Positions 27,125 through 42,098 of a stretch of 64,000 nt of DNA are shown here, piece by piece. The position numbers and the translations under genes are program-made. The stretch is taken from positions 265,856,001 through 265,920,000 of the forward strand of contig OZ024741.1 in the NCBI GenBank assembly GCA_964016885.1. The letters run 5' to 3'. A model generated the notes under the pieces. The model was not told the DNA's origin. It searched no databases and saw only the letters and a program-made list of their open reading frames with translations. The DNA comes from Eledone cirrhosa. Its lineage: Eukaryota. Positions within the stretch are counted from its first letter, which is position 1, and each line of letters opens with the position of its first letter.

Positions 27125-28690
27125 ACAGACCGACTGGCAGTCGAACAGACAGACTGACAGCCATGCAGACAGACAGGCATACAGACAGACATACTGACTG
27201 ACAGTCGTGCAGACAGACAGGCATACAGACAGGCATACATACTGACTGACAGACATGCAGACAGACAGGCATACAGACAGGCATACAGACAGACATACTG
27301 ACTGACAGTCGTGCAGACAGACAGGCATACAGACAGGCATACATACTGACTGACAGACATGCAGAGAGACAGGCATACAGACAGGCATACAGACAGGCAT
27401 ACATACTGACTGACAGACATGCAGAGAGACAGGCATACAGACAGGCATACATACTGACTGACATACATGCAGACAGACAGGCATACAGACAGGCATACAG
27501 ACAGACATACTGACTGACAGTCGTGCGGACAGACAGGCACACAGACAGGCATACATACTGACTGACATACATGCAGACAGACAGGCATACAGACAGGCAT
27601 ACAGACAGACATACTGACTGACAGTCGTGCGGACAGACAGGCACACAGACAGGCATACATACTGACTGACAGACATGCAGACAGACAGGCATACAGACAG
27701 GCATACAGACAGACATACTGACTGACAGTCGTGCGGACAGACAGGCACACAGACAGGCATACATACTGACTGACAGACATGCAGAGAGACAGGCATACAG
27801 ACAGGCATACAGACAGACATACTGACTGACAGTCGTGCGGACAGACAGGCACACAGACAGGCATACATACTGACTGACAGACATGCAGAGAGACAGGCAT
27901 ACAGACAGGCATACAGACAGACATACTGACTGACAGTCGTGCAGACAGACAGGCATACAGACAGGCATACATACTGACTGACATACATGCAGAGAGACAG
28001 GCATACAGACAGGCATACTGACTGACAGTCGTGCAGACAGACAGGCACACAGACAGGCATACATACTGACTGACATACATGCAGACAGACAGGCATACAG
28101 ACAGGCATACATACTGACTGACATACATGCAGACAGACAGGCATACAGACAGGCATACAGACAGACATACTGACTGACAGTCGTGCGGACAGACAGGCAC
28201 ACAGACAGGCATACATACTGACTGACATACATGCAGACAGACAGGCATACAGACAGGCATACATACTGACTGACATACATGCAGAGAGACAGGCATACAG
28301 ACAGGCATACTGACTGACAGTCGTGCAGACAGACAGGCACACAGACAGGCATACATACTGACTGACATACATGCAGACAGACAGGCATACAGACAGGCAT
28401 ACATACTGACTGACATACATGCAGACAGACAGGCATACAGACAGGCATACAGACAGACATACTGACTGACAGTCGTGCAGACAGACAGGCACACATACTG
28501 ACTGACAGACATGCAGACAGGCATACAGACAGACAGATATACATGCAGACAGACCGACAGGCAGACATGCTGACTGACAGACATGCAGACTGACAGGCAT
28601 GCATAAAGATAGACATACATACTGACAGACAGACTGACAGACAGACAGACAGACAGCCAGACAGACATACTGATTGACAGATAGACAGGC
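27125..28690. repeat. CAGA/CATA/CTGA-derived complex minisatellite
   Basis: Recurring ACAGGCATACAG, ATACTGACTGAC and AGTCGTGC modules. Confidence 0.9.
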
Positions 28691-28862
28691 ATATGTATAA
28701 AACTGCAGAAATACAGCTGCATTCTTATGACAGGGCATATGTAAATATGCAGACATATTTGTTTATATATGTAGCAACACAAATACTATATATGTGTGTG
28801 TGTATGTGTGTAAATACACAAATACACACACACATATGCATACATATATATTCATACATACA

Positions 28863-28896
<34 letters not shown>

Positions 28897-29048
28897 CATA
28901 TATATTCATATACACACACACAGACGCACACACACTCATATATATATATAGATGCATATATATATATATATTATATATACATACATACGCGTATACATAT
29001 ATGTTCATTTAAGTATATATATATATATATATATACATATACACACAT

Positions 29049-29092
<44 letters not shown>

Positions 29093-29096
29093 GCAT

Positions 29097-29161
<65 letters not shown>

Positions 29162-29292
29162 TATATGATGCATAAAGACATGAAAACACAACCCTACATC
29201 TATCCCTTCATCCATTCATACATGCATACATACCTACATACATACCCCCCCCCCCCCCCTCACACACAGACACGTGCACGCACAGGCACAAA

Positions 29293-29388
<96 letters not shown>

Positions 29389-29878
29389 CACACAGGAATG
29401 TTAAAAGGCAGATGTCTTTCTTTGAAAAGATGCGGAAGGGAAGAGAAAACATTTCGGAATATAATTCAGACAAATATTATATATTGTTTGTATACACTGG
29501 TGTATATAGCCACCATTGACTTGCAGACGACATATGCGGCCGTCTTTCTTTGCGCAGGCGCACACTCTCTCATGAACGTATACGCTCACCACACATACAT
29601 ATACGCGCACGTACACATGCATGTGTATGTAACTGCCTGTTTATCTGTCTGTGTGTTTGCGTGTGCATGTATTCATGTATGTGTTTGTGGGTTATTTGTC
29701 TTTATACATGTACGTATGCATGGGTGTCTATATATGTACTCATGTATGCAAGTATGCGTACGTATATACACATATACATGTGCAGCCCCTGTGTGAACCT
29801 ACACATAGATCTTTATGCTTCTACAAAAGACGGCCTTGATCTGAATTTTTGCACACACTCAGTTTCTCTGTTTCTCCC

Positions 29879-29910
<32 letters not shown>

Positions 29911-29978
29911 GCTCTCTCTTTCTCTCTCTCTCTCACACACACAGACACAAACACACGACATATAATTATATATATAAT

Positions 29979-30025
<47 letters not shown>

Positions 30026-30194
30026 AGTATATCTACCAACATATGTATACAGATGTATACCCATGCTAGCAGATATATATGTTATGTCTTAGTACCTTTG
30101 TGGTTCTATGCAGGGGGATGCAGAACAATTATATGAAAGACGTAAAATAAGAAAATTTTAAAAATTAAAAATCAACTTACTTACTAAAATTTTC

Positions 30195-30276
30195 ACTCCA
30201 ACTAATTAGTTTCTGTAAGGGGATAAATATAGTTACGTAACATAACTATAGAGAATTCCTTACGTCATCAGGGAGT
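30195..30276 (-). ncRNA. Type I hammerhead ribozyme (left arm)
   Basis: Reverse complement of 30882-30963. Confidence 0.8.
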
Positions 30277-30881
30277 CTATTTTCAGCTAAGTTCCCAGGC
30301 AATGCGCGGACACTAGGAACCCATATAAAAATAATAATTCAGTGGATGGAATAAAGCTAGCGGGGACTAAATTCCAAAGCACTGAAAAAATTCACTGCCT
30401 CTTTGGTCAGTGGCAGATTCTAAAGGATCAATCACGTGACACTGAGGTTAATCAGTGAGGAGTGGGGTGGTATTATGACAAGAGCCTACTACTACCATGA
30501 ATCACAGCAGTAAATTTTGGCAAGTTTTACTCAACAAATAATTTGGAGATAAATATAGAGAATTAGTATATCTACCAACATATGTATACTGATTTATACC
30601 CATGCTAGCAAATATATATGTTATGTCTTAGTACCTTTGTGGTTCTATGCAGGGGGATGCAGAACAATTATATGAAAGACGTAAAATACCACCCCACTCC
30701 TCACTGATTAACCTCAGTGTCACATGATTGATCCTTTAGAATCTGCCACTGCCCAAAGAGGCAGTGAATTTTTCAGTGCTTTGGAATTTAGTCCCCGCTA
30801 GCTTTATTCCATCCACTGAATTATTATTTTTATATGGGTTCCTAGTGTCCGCGCATTGCCTGGGAACTTAGTTGAGAATAG

Positions 30882-30963
30882 ACTCCCTGATGACGTAAGG
30901 AATTCTCTATAGTTATGTTACGTAACTATATTTATCCCCTTACAGAAACTAATTAGTTGGAGT
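30882..30963 (+). ncRNA. Type I hammerhead ribozyme (right arm)
   Basis: ACTCC-CTGATGA-C GTAAGG..CCTTAC A-GAA-ACTAATTAGT-T-GGAGT. Confidence 0.8.
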
Positions 30964-31019
30964 GAAAATTTTAGTAAGTAAGTTGATTTTTAATTTTTAA
31001 AATTTTCTTATTTTACGTC

Positions 31020-31070
<51 letters not shown>

Positions 31071-31667
31071 TATAGAATATATGTATATATATATGTATAT
31101 ATATATATGTATATATATACACATATACATATATATACATATACATATTTATATATGTGTGAGTGTATATATATATAATTATTTGTTTCTCTGTCTGCCT
31201 GTTTGACTGTCTGTTACTCTGCATTCTCAAACGGCTGGACCAAATCAAATCAAATTTTACAAGGTAATTTTACAAGGCATTAGACCCCGGGAATGTCAAC
31301 ATGTAATTTTTATTTTCATTTGGATTAAAACAATAGAAAACAACACAACGACGTCACATTTTGTATATGAATATGTATATGTCTATGAGTGCGTGTGCGC
31401 GTTCATTATGTACATTATTAAACACACACACACACACATCTATACATATGTAGCGACTGTCAAAAAAATGAGGTGAAAAGCTATGTGTGCATCTGCGTGA
31501 ATGTATGTCTGTCGTAGTATATGTATTTGAGAGTGTATGTGTGTGAGTGTGTAGCAACATCTTATTCATTTGGACACCAACAAAAAAATGCACAATGAAT
31601 ATTATTTACACACCCGAGGAACACAGAGGTGCACTTGGTGATGCAGTAGAAACTAGTCTGAAATAGC

Positions 31668-31812
31668 AATAATGGTTTCTGATAAAGGCACAAGGTCTGC
31701 AATTTGTGGCGAAGGGAATATCGATTATATCGATCTCAGTATTTTACTGGTACTTGATTTTATCAATACCAGGATGATGACAGACAAAGTTTTCCTCAGC
31801 CGAATGTTGAGT
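31668..31812 (-). mobile_element. Diverged SINE family A copy
   Basis: GGCACAAGG...ACTGGTACTTGATTTTATC...AGGATGA. Confidence 0.65.
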
Positions 31813-31969
31813 GCCATAACTAAATAGCGCAGTATGGTCAGTCGTTCGACAAGATCCCAAACCTTATTTGCTTAACGAGTGGGGTGGAGCGCGTCAAATC
31901 GGACCGAGGAAACAATGTTTCCATTGTTCTTTCCAATTGCAAATACTATCTATCAGAGGCAAAACCAGG

Positions 31970-32092
31970 TAGAAAGAGCAAAGTGAAATAAAGTGTCTTG
32001 CTCAAGGACATAACGCATCAACCGGTCCAGAAATCGAACTCACAACTTCACAATTGTGAATCCAATTCTCTAACCACTCGGCCTCGCTCCTT
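31970..32092 (-). mobile_element. tRNA-derived SINE, family B (CORE-like)
   Basis: Minus: GGCCGAGTGGTTAGAG...GAGTTCGATTTC...GTCCTTGAGCAAGACACTTTA. Confidence 0.7.
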
Positions 32093-32115
32093 CACAATAG
32101 TGCAATGCATTTTGA

Positions 32116-32312
32116 TAATAATAATGGTTTCTACTTTTGGCACAAGGCCAGCAATTACCCAGTGCATTACTGGTACTTTATTTTATCGACCCCGTAAGGA
32201 TGAAAGGCAAAGTTAACCTCAGCGGGATTTGAACTCAGATCATAAAGGGCCGTAACTCTTTGCTGCAAAGCATGGCGTCCGACCCTCTACCGATACTGCC
32301 AATCCACTGCCC
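32116..32312 (-). mobile_element. SINE family A, full length
   Basis: Closely matches 491-682. Confidence 0.85.
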
Positions 32313-33069
32313 TATATAACATGTAATAATGAATTTAAATACTGTAAAATTAATGACAATAAATTGTTAAAGAAAAAAAGTACTTTTTCAATTCTGCAAA
32401 AACAGAATGGTATCCCATACCGTAGGTACGATTTCGGCTTGTTTTTATGCTGCAAAAAAAGGGAACCCAGGACCCGAAAGAGCCCACAAAAGCGCAAATT
32501 TCAAACACAGACACATTTTCTTTCTTCGTGAGACTATTCGTATCTGCAGAAGTTCGGAAGCCGGATGTTCGTAAGGTGGGGACTGACTGTATTTATATCT
32601 GTTTTGGTCGAAAGACAACCATATATTTTCTTGTCGATTCTTTGTTTTGTTACATACATCTTACCAACAGTGAGGTTCTACTGTCTGTTGCGTGAACTGT
32701 CATTACAAGTGCAATACCACCTTAACGTGCGAAATTGCACGTCGGGAGATGGCTGACGAGATAGAGATGAAGTTGTCTGTTCCTCTTATGGAACTGTTTT
32801 TTGCTGTCTACATTTTTTGTTATATACACACATACATACATAAGTACATATATACATGGAGAAATGTATATGTACACACATACACGCACTCATATATATA
32901 ACCTTTTTTACACACACACACACATGTACACACACGTGTATATATACATATCACCTTTTTTACTAATCAACGCCTCTCACTCCACCTCATTAAACATATT
33001 TGATAACTTAAATAACTAAAATCATGTAAATACGTAGCGAACCAGCTGCCCGCCCCAAATGAATAGAGA

Positions 33070-36000
33070 GGCGGCGGTGTGGTTGCGGCGGTGTGGTTGC
33101 GGCGGTGTAGTTACGGTGGTGTGGTTGTGGTGGTGTGGTTGTGGTGGTGTGGTTGTGGTGGTGTGGTGGTGTGGTGGTGTGGTTGTGGTGGTGGTGTGGC
33201 GGTGGTGGTGGTGGTGTGGTGGTGGTGGTGGTGTGGTTGAGGCAGTACATTTTGGGTAGAAGTGTGGTTAAGGCGGTGTGGTTGCACCAATGTAGTTGCG
33301 GTGGTGGTGTGATTGTGGTGGTATGGTTGTGGCGGTGGTGGTTGCGGCAGTGTGTTTAGGGCAACAATACCACCTCTACAGCCACCACTAAGCAACACCT
33401 CCACCGCCAACAACACTAACACCACCACTAACACTAACACCACCACAACCACCACTAACAACACCACCACCACCACTACCATCACCACAACCACCACTAA
33501 CTACACCACCACCACCACCACTACCACTACCACCACCACAACCACCGCTAACAACACCACCACCACTACCACCACCACAACCAGCAGTAACACCACCACC
33601 ACCACTAACACCACCACCACCACCACTACCACTAACACCTCCACAACCACCACAAACACCACCACCACCACTACCACTAACACCAACACAACCACCACTA
33701 ACAACACCACCAACACCACCACCACAACTCCCACCAACACCACCACCACTACCACCACCACTACCACCACAAACACCACCACCACTACCACTAACACCTC
33801 CACAACCACCACTAACACCACCACCACCACCACTAACACCAACACAACCCCCACTAACAACACCACCAACACCACTACCACTACCACTACCACCACCACA
33901 ACCCCCACTAACACCACCACCACTACCACTACCACCACCACTACCACTAAGAACACCACCACTACCACTAACACCACTATAACCACCACTAACACCGCCA
34001 CAACACCACTAACAACACAACCACCACTAACACCTCCACAACCACCACTAACACAACCACCAGCACCACCACCACAACCATCAGTAACACAACCACCACT
34101 ACTAACACCTCCACAACCACCACTAACACCACCACCACCACCACCACTACCACTAACACCTCCACAACCACCACTAACACCACCACCACTACCACTAACA
34201 CCTCCACAACCACCGCGAACACCATCACCACCACCAGCACCACTAACACCAACACAACCACCACTAACAACATCACCAACACCACTACCATTACCACCAC
34301 CACAACCCCCACTAACACCACCACCACTACCACTACCACCACCACTACCACCACAAACACCACCACCACCACCACCACTAACACCTCCACAACCACCACT
34401 AACACCACCACAACCACCACTAACAACACCACCACCACCACCACCACTACTACTACCACCACCACCACCACTACCACTAACACCTCCACAACCACCACTA
34501 ACAACACTACCACCACAACCACCATTAACAACACCACCACCACCACAACCACCACTAACAACACCACCACCAGCACCACTACCACCACCACAACCACCAC
34601 TAACAACACCACGACCACCACCACTACCACTACCACCGCCACAACCACCACTAACAACACCACCACCACTACTATCACTGCCACCACCACAACCACCACT
34701 AACAACACCACCACCAGCACCACTACCACTACCACCACCACAACCACCACTAACACCACCACCACCACCACTACCACTAACAACACTACCACCACCACCA
34801 CTACCACTACCTCCTGCACAACCACTACTAACAACACCACCACCACCACTACCACTAACACCATCACCACCACTTCCACTACCACCTTCACAACCACCAC
34901 TAACAACACCACCACTACCACTACCACCACCACAACCACCAACACCACCACTGCCAACAACACTACCACCCCCACAACCACCACTAACACCACCACCACC
35001 ACCACTATCACTAACACCACTACAACCACGACTAACAACACCATCACCACCACCACTACCACTAACACCACTACAACCACCATTAACAACACCACCACCG
35101 CCAATAACACTACCACATCTACAACTACCATTAACAACACCACCACCACCATCACAACCACCACCATCACCTCCACAACCACCGCTAACACCACCACCAC
35201 CACAGCCACCACCACCACCATCGCCATCACAAACAACAGCAACACTACCTCCGCTACAACACCACCACCACAAACAACACTATCCCCCCCAACACCACCG
35301 CTAACACTACCACCACCGCCACCGCCACCACCACAAACAACAACCACAACAACAATACTACCACCTCCACAATCACCGCTAACATCATCACCACCACCAC
35401 AAACAACAACAACAACACTACCGCCTCCCCCCTCCCCCCACACACAAATCGATACCAGAGCTAATCAAAGACAGCAAACGGCAGGGGACAATGGCTGGTA
35501 GAGGGAGTGTGTGTGTGAGAGAGAGGGTGTGTGTGTGAGAGAGTGAGAGAGAAATAGAGAGAGGGTGTGTGTGTGAGAGAGAGAGGGTGTGTGTGAGAGA
35601 GAGTGAGAGAGAAATAGAGAGAGGGTGTGTGTGAGAGAGAGAGAGAAATAGAGAGAGCGGTGTGTGTGAGAGAGAGAGAGAGAAATAGAGAGAGGGTGTG
35701 TGTGAGAGAGAGAGAGAGAAATAGAGAGAGGGTGTGTGTGCGTGAGAAAGGGAGAGAGGGGAAGTGTGTGAAAGAGAGAGAGAGAGAGAGGGGGTCTGTG
35801 AGAGAGAGAAGGGAGAGTGTGTATGAGAGAGAGGGAGAGAGGGTGTGTGAGAGAGAGAGTGTGTGTGTGTCTGTGAGAGAGAGAGGGGGGGGGGGGTGTG
35901 AGAGAGAGAGGGAGTGAGGGTGTAAGAGAGTGAGTGAGAGAGAGAGGGAGTGAGGGTGTAAGAGAGTGAGTGAGAGAGAGTGTGAGAGAGAGAGGGGGTC

Positions 36001-37187
36001 TGTGAGAGAGGGGGGAGGAGTGTGTGTATGTGAGAGAGAGGGAGAGAGGGTGAGAGAGAGAGAGAGAGGGTGTGGAGAGAGAGGGTGTGAGAGAGAGGGT
36101 GTGAGAGAGGGAGAGAGAGACGGCAGCTATCATAGATTGGAGATCAATATTGTCATTTCATTCTAGACTTGTTTTATATAATTTGTTGTTGTAATGGTGG
36201 TGGTTGTGGTGGTGTAGGTGGTAGTAGGGATAGTGGTGTTGTGGTGGTGGTGGTGGTGGTAGTGGTGGTGTAGGTGGTAGTAGGGATAGTGGTGTTGTGG
36301 TTGTGGTGGTGTAGGTGGTGGATGTGGTGGTGTAGATGGTAGTAGGGATAGTGGTGTTGTAGTTGTGGTGGTGTAGGTGGTGGATGTGGTGGTGTAGGTG
36401 GTAGTAGGGATAGTGGTGTTGTGGTTGTGGTGGTGTAGGTGGTGGATGTGGTGGTGTAGGTGGTAGTAGGGATAGTGGTGTTGTGGTTGTGGTGGTGTAG
36501 GTGGTAGTAGGGATAGTGGTGTTGTGGTGGGGGTGGTGTAGGTGGTAGTAGGGATAGTGGTGTTGTGGTGGTGGTAGTAGGGATAGTGGTGTTGTGGTTG
36601 TGGTGGTCTAGGTGGTGGTAAGGATAGTGGTGTTGTGGTGGTGGTGTAGGTGGTGGTAGGGATAGTGGTGTTGTGGTGGTGGTGGTGTAGGTGGTAGTAG
36701 GGATAGTGGTGTTGTGGTGGTGGTGGTGTAGGTGGTGGTAGGGATAGTGGTGTTGTGGAGGTGGTGGTGTAGGTGGTAGTAGGGATAGTGGTGTTGTGGT
36801 GGTGGTGGTGTAGGTGGTGGTAGGGATAGTGTTGTTGTGGTTGTGGTGGTGTAGGTGGTGGTAGGGATAGTGGTGTTGTGGTTGTGGTGGTGTAGGTGGT
36901 GGTAGGGATAGTGGTGTTGTGGTGGTGGTGGTGGTGGTGTGTTGAGGTAATTGTTGTTATTGTTGATGGTGGTGATGACGACGACAACTATGGCAATGAT
37001 GATGACAGTGATGGTGATGATTGTAATGATGATGAGAAGGGTGAGGATAAGAGTGATGATTGGACGAAAGGAAGAGGAGGGAGAGAAGTAGGAGTAGGGT
37101 GATGATCATGATGTTGCTGTTTATTTACTGATAATAATCTCGTTGATGGCGAGAACGACAACGACAACGATGTCAACAACCACCACC

Positions 37188-37245
<58 letters not shown>

Positions 37246-37255
37246 AACCACAACC

Positions 37256-37292
<37 letters not shown>

Positions 37293-37680
37293 CCACAACA
37301 ACAACAACCACAACAACAACCACAACAACAACAACCACAACAACAACAACAACAACAACCACAACAACCACCACAACAACAACCACAACGACCACCACAA
37401 CAACAACAACCACCACAACAACCACCACAACAACAACCACAACAACAATCACCACAACCACCACAACAACAATCACAACAACAACCACAACAACCACAAC
37501 AACAACAACCACAACCACAACCACAACAACAACCACAATAACAACAGCAAGAACAACCAAAACAACAACAACAACCACCACAACAACAACCACAACAACC
37601 ACAACAACAACAACCACAACAACAACCACAACAACAACCACGACAACAACACCCACCACCACCACAACAACAACAACAAC

Positions 37681-37711
<31 letters not shown>

Positions 37712-38142
37712 ACAGCAACAACCACAACAACAACAGCAACAACCACAACAACAACAACAACAACCACAACAACAACAACAACACAACAACCACAACAACA
37801 ACAACCACAACAACCACCACCACCACAACAACAACCACAACGACCACCACAACAACAACAACCACCACAACAACCACCACAACAACAACCACAACAACAA
37901 TCACCACAACCACCACAACAACAATCACAACAACAACCACAACAACCACAACAACCACAACAACAACAACCACAACCACAACCACAACAACAACCACAAT
38001 AACAACAACAAGAACAACCAAAACAACAACAACAACCACCACAACAACAACCACAACAACCACAACAACAACAACCACAACAACAACCACAACAACAACC
38101 ACGACAACAACACCCACCACCACCACAACAACAACAACAACC

Positions 38143-38176
<34 letters not shown>

Positions 38177-38730
38177 CCATAGCAACAACCACAACAACAA
38201 CAGCAACAAACACAACAACAACAACAACCACAACAACAACAACAACACAACAACCACAACAACAACAACCACAACAACCACCACCACCACAACAACAACC
38301 CCAACAACAACCAGAACAACCACCACAACTACCACCACAACAACAAGGACAACAACAACCACCACAACAACCACAACAACAACAACCACAACAACCACCA
38401 CAATAACAGCAACAACAACCACCACAACAACCACAACATCAACAACCACCACAACAACAACTACGACAACAACCACAACAGCCACCACAACAACCACAAC
38501 AACAACCACAGCAACCACAACAACAACAACAACCACAACAACCACCACCACAACAATAACAACAACCACAACAACAACAATAACAACCACAACAACAACG
38601 ACAACAACAACGACAACAACAACAACAACCACAACAACAACCACAACAACAACCACCACAACAACCACCACAACAACCACAACAACCACAACAACAACCA
38701 CAACAACAACAACAACAACAACAACAATGA
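33070..38730. repeat. Block of simple repeats: (GTG)n, (CAC/TAC)n, GA/GT compound, GTG/TAGGGATAG, (CAA)n, separated by short unique islands
   Basis: Direct inspection. Confidence 0.9.
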
Positions 38731-38943
38731 TAGCAACAACTCTATTTCGCCTCTGAACTCCTTGCTAATGTCATTACTTGCCAGTTTCTTTCGCCAAAAA
38801 AGCTGAAATCTAACAGATTCTGCCAATGGCGAACTTATCCAGCGTCATCTTTTATTTTGTCTCTTTGTCTACATTACTATTTATTTATTTCGTTTCTGAA
38901 TTTGTGTAGCAAGATTCTTTATCTGAAAACGTGTGTTGAAACC

Positions 38944-39338
38944 GATATTGTTATACTTTGGGAGGGTCATGTTGCCAATAAGAAACACACGCACCTTGCT
39001 TTCACTCCAATTTATTATAAATTAAATTTATAAATTTAAAAAATTCGTAAATTCCGGTTGGTTGGTTGGTTCCACAACCGGACGGTTGTTCCTCTTGTTT
39101 TGGGGTGTGTTGTTGACAACACTCACAAAAACAAGATGGCGTAGGGCAGAACAAAGGAGAGGCACAAAACAAAGAAAAGAATCCCCAGTCACTGAAGAGG
39201 TCACAGAATGTGTAACGAAAGAACTTTGACAATATATGAACAACCGTCCGGTTGTGGAACCAGCCAACCAACCGGAAATTTACAAATTTCTTCAATTTAT
39301 TATAAATTAAATTTATAAATTTGAGTGAAGTATAACAC
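38944..39338. mobile_element. Rearranged, partly inverted Penelope pLTR copy
   Basis: Direct match to 39722-39870, then an inverted match to 39780-39976. Confidence 0.8.
39188..39230 (+). ncRNA. Minimal hammerhead motif in pLTR
   Basis: GTCA-CTGAAGA-G GTCACA..TGTAAC-GAAAGAACTT-TGAC. Confidence 0.65.
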
Positions 39339-39491
39339 TATTTATTTATTTTTTTTTACTTACTTATTTATTTATTTATTTGGTTATTTATTTATTTATT
39401 TGTTTATTTATTTGTATATTTATTTATTTATTTGTTTATTTATCTATTTATTTATTTATTTGTTTGTTTATTTATTTATTCATTTGTTTGT

Positions 39492-39522
<31 letters not shown>

Positions 39523-39648
39523 TTTTTGCTGTTCGATTGTTCAATATCCGCCAGAAACCTCATATCGATATACCTATAGTTTACATGACGGACGATGGAA
39601 GGTGGTCTAATACATACAATACATACCATAAATAGTGACTAACAATTT

Positions 39649-39724
<76 letters not shown>

Positions 39725-39876
39725 TGTTATACTTTGGGAGGGTCATGTTGCCAATAAGAAACACACGCACCAGTTGCTTTCACTTCAATTTATTATAAAT
39801 TAAATTTATAAATTTAGGAATTTATAAATTTCCGGTTGGTTGGTTGGTTCCACAACCAGACGATTGTTCGTATATT

Positions 39877-39919
39877 GTCAAAGTTCTTTCGTCACACATT
39901 CTGTGACCTCTTCAGTGAC
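39877..39919 (-). ncRNA. Minimal hammerhead motif in 3' pLTR, sense to the RT
   Basis: GTCA-CTGAAGA-G GTCACA GAATG TGTGAC-GAAAGAACTT-TGAC. Confidence 0.7.
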
Positions 39920-40009
39920 TGGGGATTCTTTTCTTTGTTTTTGTGCCCCTCCTTTGTTCTGTCCTACGCCATCTTGATGGCGTAGGACAGAACAAAGGGA
40001 GTTGTTCAT

Positions 40010-41300
40010 GGTTGTAATCCATTGTGAATTGTAAGTTTGTGTTGAGTCCATTCAGAAGGGTTTTAAACTCAATCAGTCTATCTATACTTTCATGCCAGAG
40101 GTTGAAGCAGTCGTCCAGATATCTCTTCCAGTTTTTTTTCTATGTGTTGGTAGAAGTGGTTGCCGTATTTGTCTAGAACTTTGCGGTAGAGAGTGGTTTC
40201 CAAATATCCCATGACAAGGTTGGCGTATGAGGGGCTACTTTCGTGCCCATGGCAGTCCCAGATTTCTGTCTGTAGTATTTGGCATTGAATTCGAAGAAAT
40301 TGTTTTCGAAGATGAATTTGAGTCCCTCCAACACAAATTCTTTAGGGATGAGCTGTGGGAGTTCACTAGGGAAATTTTCAGGCCAGAATTGTATTGCCTC
40401 TATACCTAGGTTGTGTGGGATATTGGAATATAAATTGATGACATCAAAGGTTACTAGTAGGGTATGTTCATTATTAAGTGTTGTTGGGAGGTGGTTGAGC
40501 ATGTCAAGGTCGTCCCTTATGAAGCTTTTTATGTGTTTTAGGAAAGGTTTAAGCAGAATATCTAGGAAGTTGCTTAGGCGGTGGATTTCACATGTGGTAC
40601 CTGCTATTATGGGTCTTAATTTAAGGTCATCAGGAGGGACTATATTGATGTAAATGTTTGTGGCTTGCTTGGAGGCCCTACCTATTACTTCGCGTTTGTG
40701 TGTCTTTGGGATACCGTAGAAGAGGCTGGTTCTGCTCTTGAAATTGGTGATGTAGTTGAATTCCTTGTCTGTAAGGCCTTCTTTGTAAAGGGTTGTTAGG
40801 GATTTTAGGTTTCTCATTATTTACTGTTGTGTGTAGTCTTGGGCCTTTTCATGTTTGGTTTTCTAGAGTTGAGAGTACTAGAGTCGTGTAATAATCTGTC
40901 CCCATAAGGACTACTGCACTCCCTTTATCTGCCCCTTTGATTGTTAGGGTTTTATGGTTTGTTAGACTGTTAAGACCATTCCATTCTTTTTTGCTTAGGT
41001 TTGGTTTTTGTTTATATCTGTGTAGGTGGTGTTATGGGTATTTAGTAATGTGTTCGCAGAATTGATCGAGGAATTTGTTCTTGCCTTTTGGTGGGCTGTA
41101 GTTGCTTCTATTTCTGGTTATTGAGTCATCCTCATTGTATTTGTCGTATAGTTGCTCGCTGAGTCTTAGTTTTCTACAGAGTTCTGTAATATGTTCCTTC
41201 ATTTCGGGGTAGTTTGGTTTTTGGGGAGTTGGTGTAAATTTTAGACCTTTGGAGAGTATGTTGATTTGGTCTGTTGTTAATTCTTTAGAGGTTAAATTAA
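40010..41300 (-). pseudogene. Penelope-type reverse transcriptase pseudogene (longest ORF 40173-40817)
   Basis: RT motifs present but disrupted; thumb and GIY-YIG not seen. Confidence 0.85.
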
Positions 41301-41506
41301 CAATTTTTATTACATTTTGTGTCTCCTGTGTGTTTTGTATTATCTTGTTATCCTGCCTCTGTGTGGTGTGTCTAAAAATGATTACGGAAGTTGTGGTGGC
41401 TGTTGAAGTTTGGATGTCTCTTATGGTTGTATTGGCCCCTGGTGTTGTTGTTAGATGGTGTGTAGCTGTGGTGGTTGTTGAAATTATATATGTATATATA
41501 TATAAA

Positions 41507-41540
<34 letters not shown>

Positions 41541-41550
41541 CATATATATG

Positions 41551-41650
<100 letters not shown>

Positions 41651-41683
41651 GAGAATCAGTGTTGCGACAAATGGAATTTATTG

Positions 41684-41778
41684 GACATATTACAATCGTT
41701 TCTCTGGCGACCAGTTCGAGGCACGATCGATGTGATGATCGAACCTGACTCTGAAATCGGGAGGTCCTCAGATACGTC
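41684..41778 (-). ncRNA. Type I hammerhead ribozyme in a (TA)n-flanked module (41648-41895)
   Basis: GACGTAT-CTGAGGA-...-GAA-ACGATTGT-A-ATATGTC followed by AATAAA; stem II base weak. Confidence 0.7.
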
Positions 41779-41891
41779 TTGATTCTACGACGCAGATTTT
41801 TTTTTTTTTTGGTGATATCATACTCTGCTCTGTGAGAGCATCGAGTGCTCAAACCGCCTACTGCATACGGACGCTTTAAGCATCCAACACC

Positions 41892-41968
<77 letters not shown>

Positions 41969-42062
41969 CAAATGGCTGACTGAACACAGGCCCTTTTCTC
42001 CAAAAATGTTTTTCCATTCTTTCCTCTCTATCTTTCTATTTCGTCTTTAATTTTTCATTCAA

Positions 42063-42098
42063 TCTACTGATGAAGGACTTGTGTCCGAAACTTTAAGA
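42063..42098 (+). ncRNA. Degenerate minimal hammerhead motif
   Basis: CTGATGA-A-GGAC TTGT GTCC-GAAAC; stems I and III imperfect. Confidence 0.6.

Larger units (their letters stand above)
30018..31027. mobile_element. pLTR-type module with ~345-bp inverted arms and ~130-bp direct repeat
   Basis: Arms 30130-30474 / 30685-31027; direct repeat 30018-30148 / 30556-30688. Confidence 0.85.
39722..41480 (-). mobile_element. Decayed Penelope-like element with 3' pLTR (39722-39976)
   Basis: [45 protein letters not shown] and RYLDD motifs; stops and frameshifts. Confidence 0.9.

Noticed and set aside
31985-32092. tRNA gene
   Set aside because: A/B boxes but no cloverleaf; continues into a SINE body
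32312-32820. Unique sequence as possible host exon or promoter
   Set aside because: No recognisable protein similarity or consistent splice structure
33313-35304. 663-aa Thr/Pro-rich mucin/extensin-like ORF
   Set aside because: CAC/TAC repeat also open on the opposite strand; no signal peptide, domain or splice support
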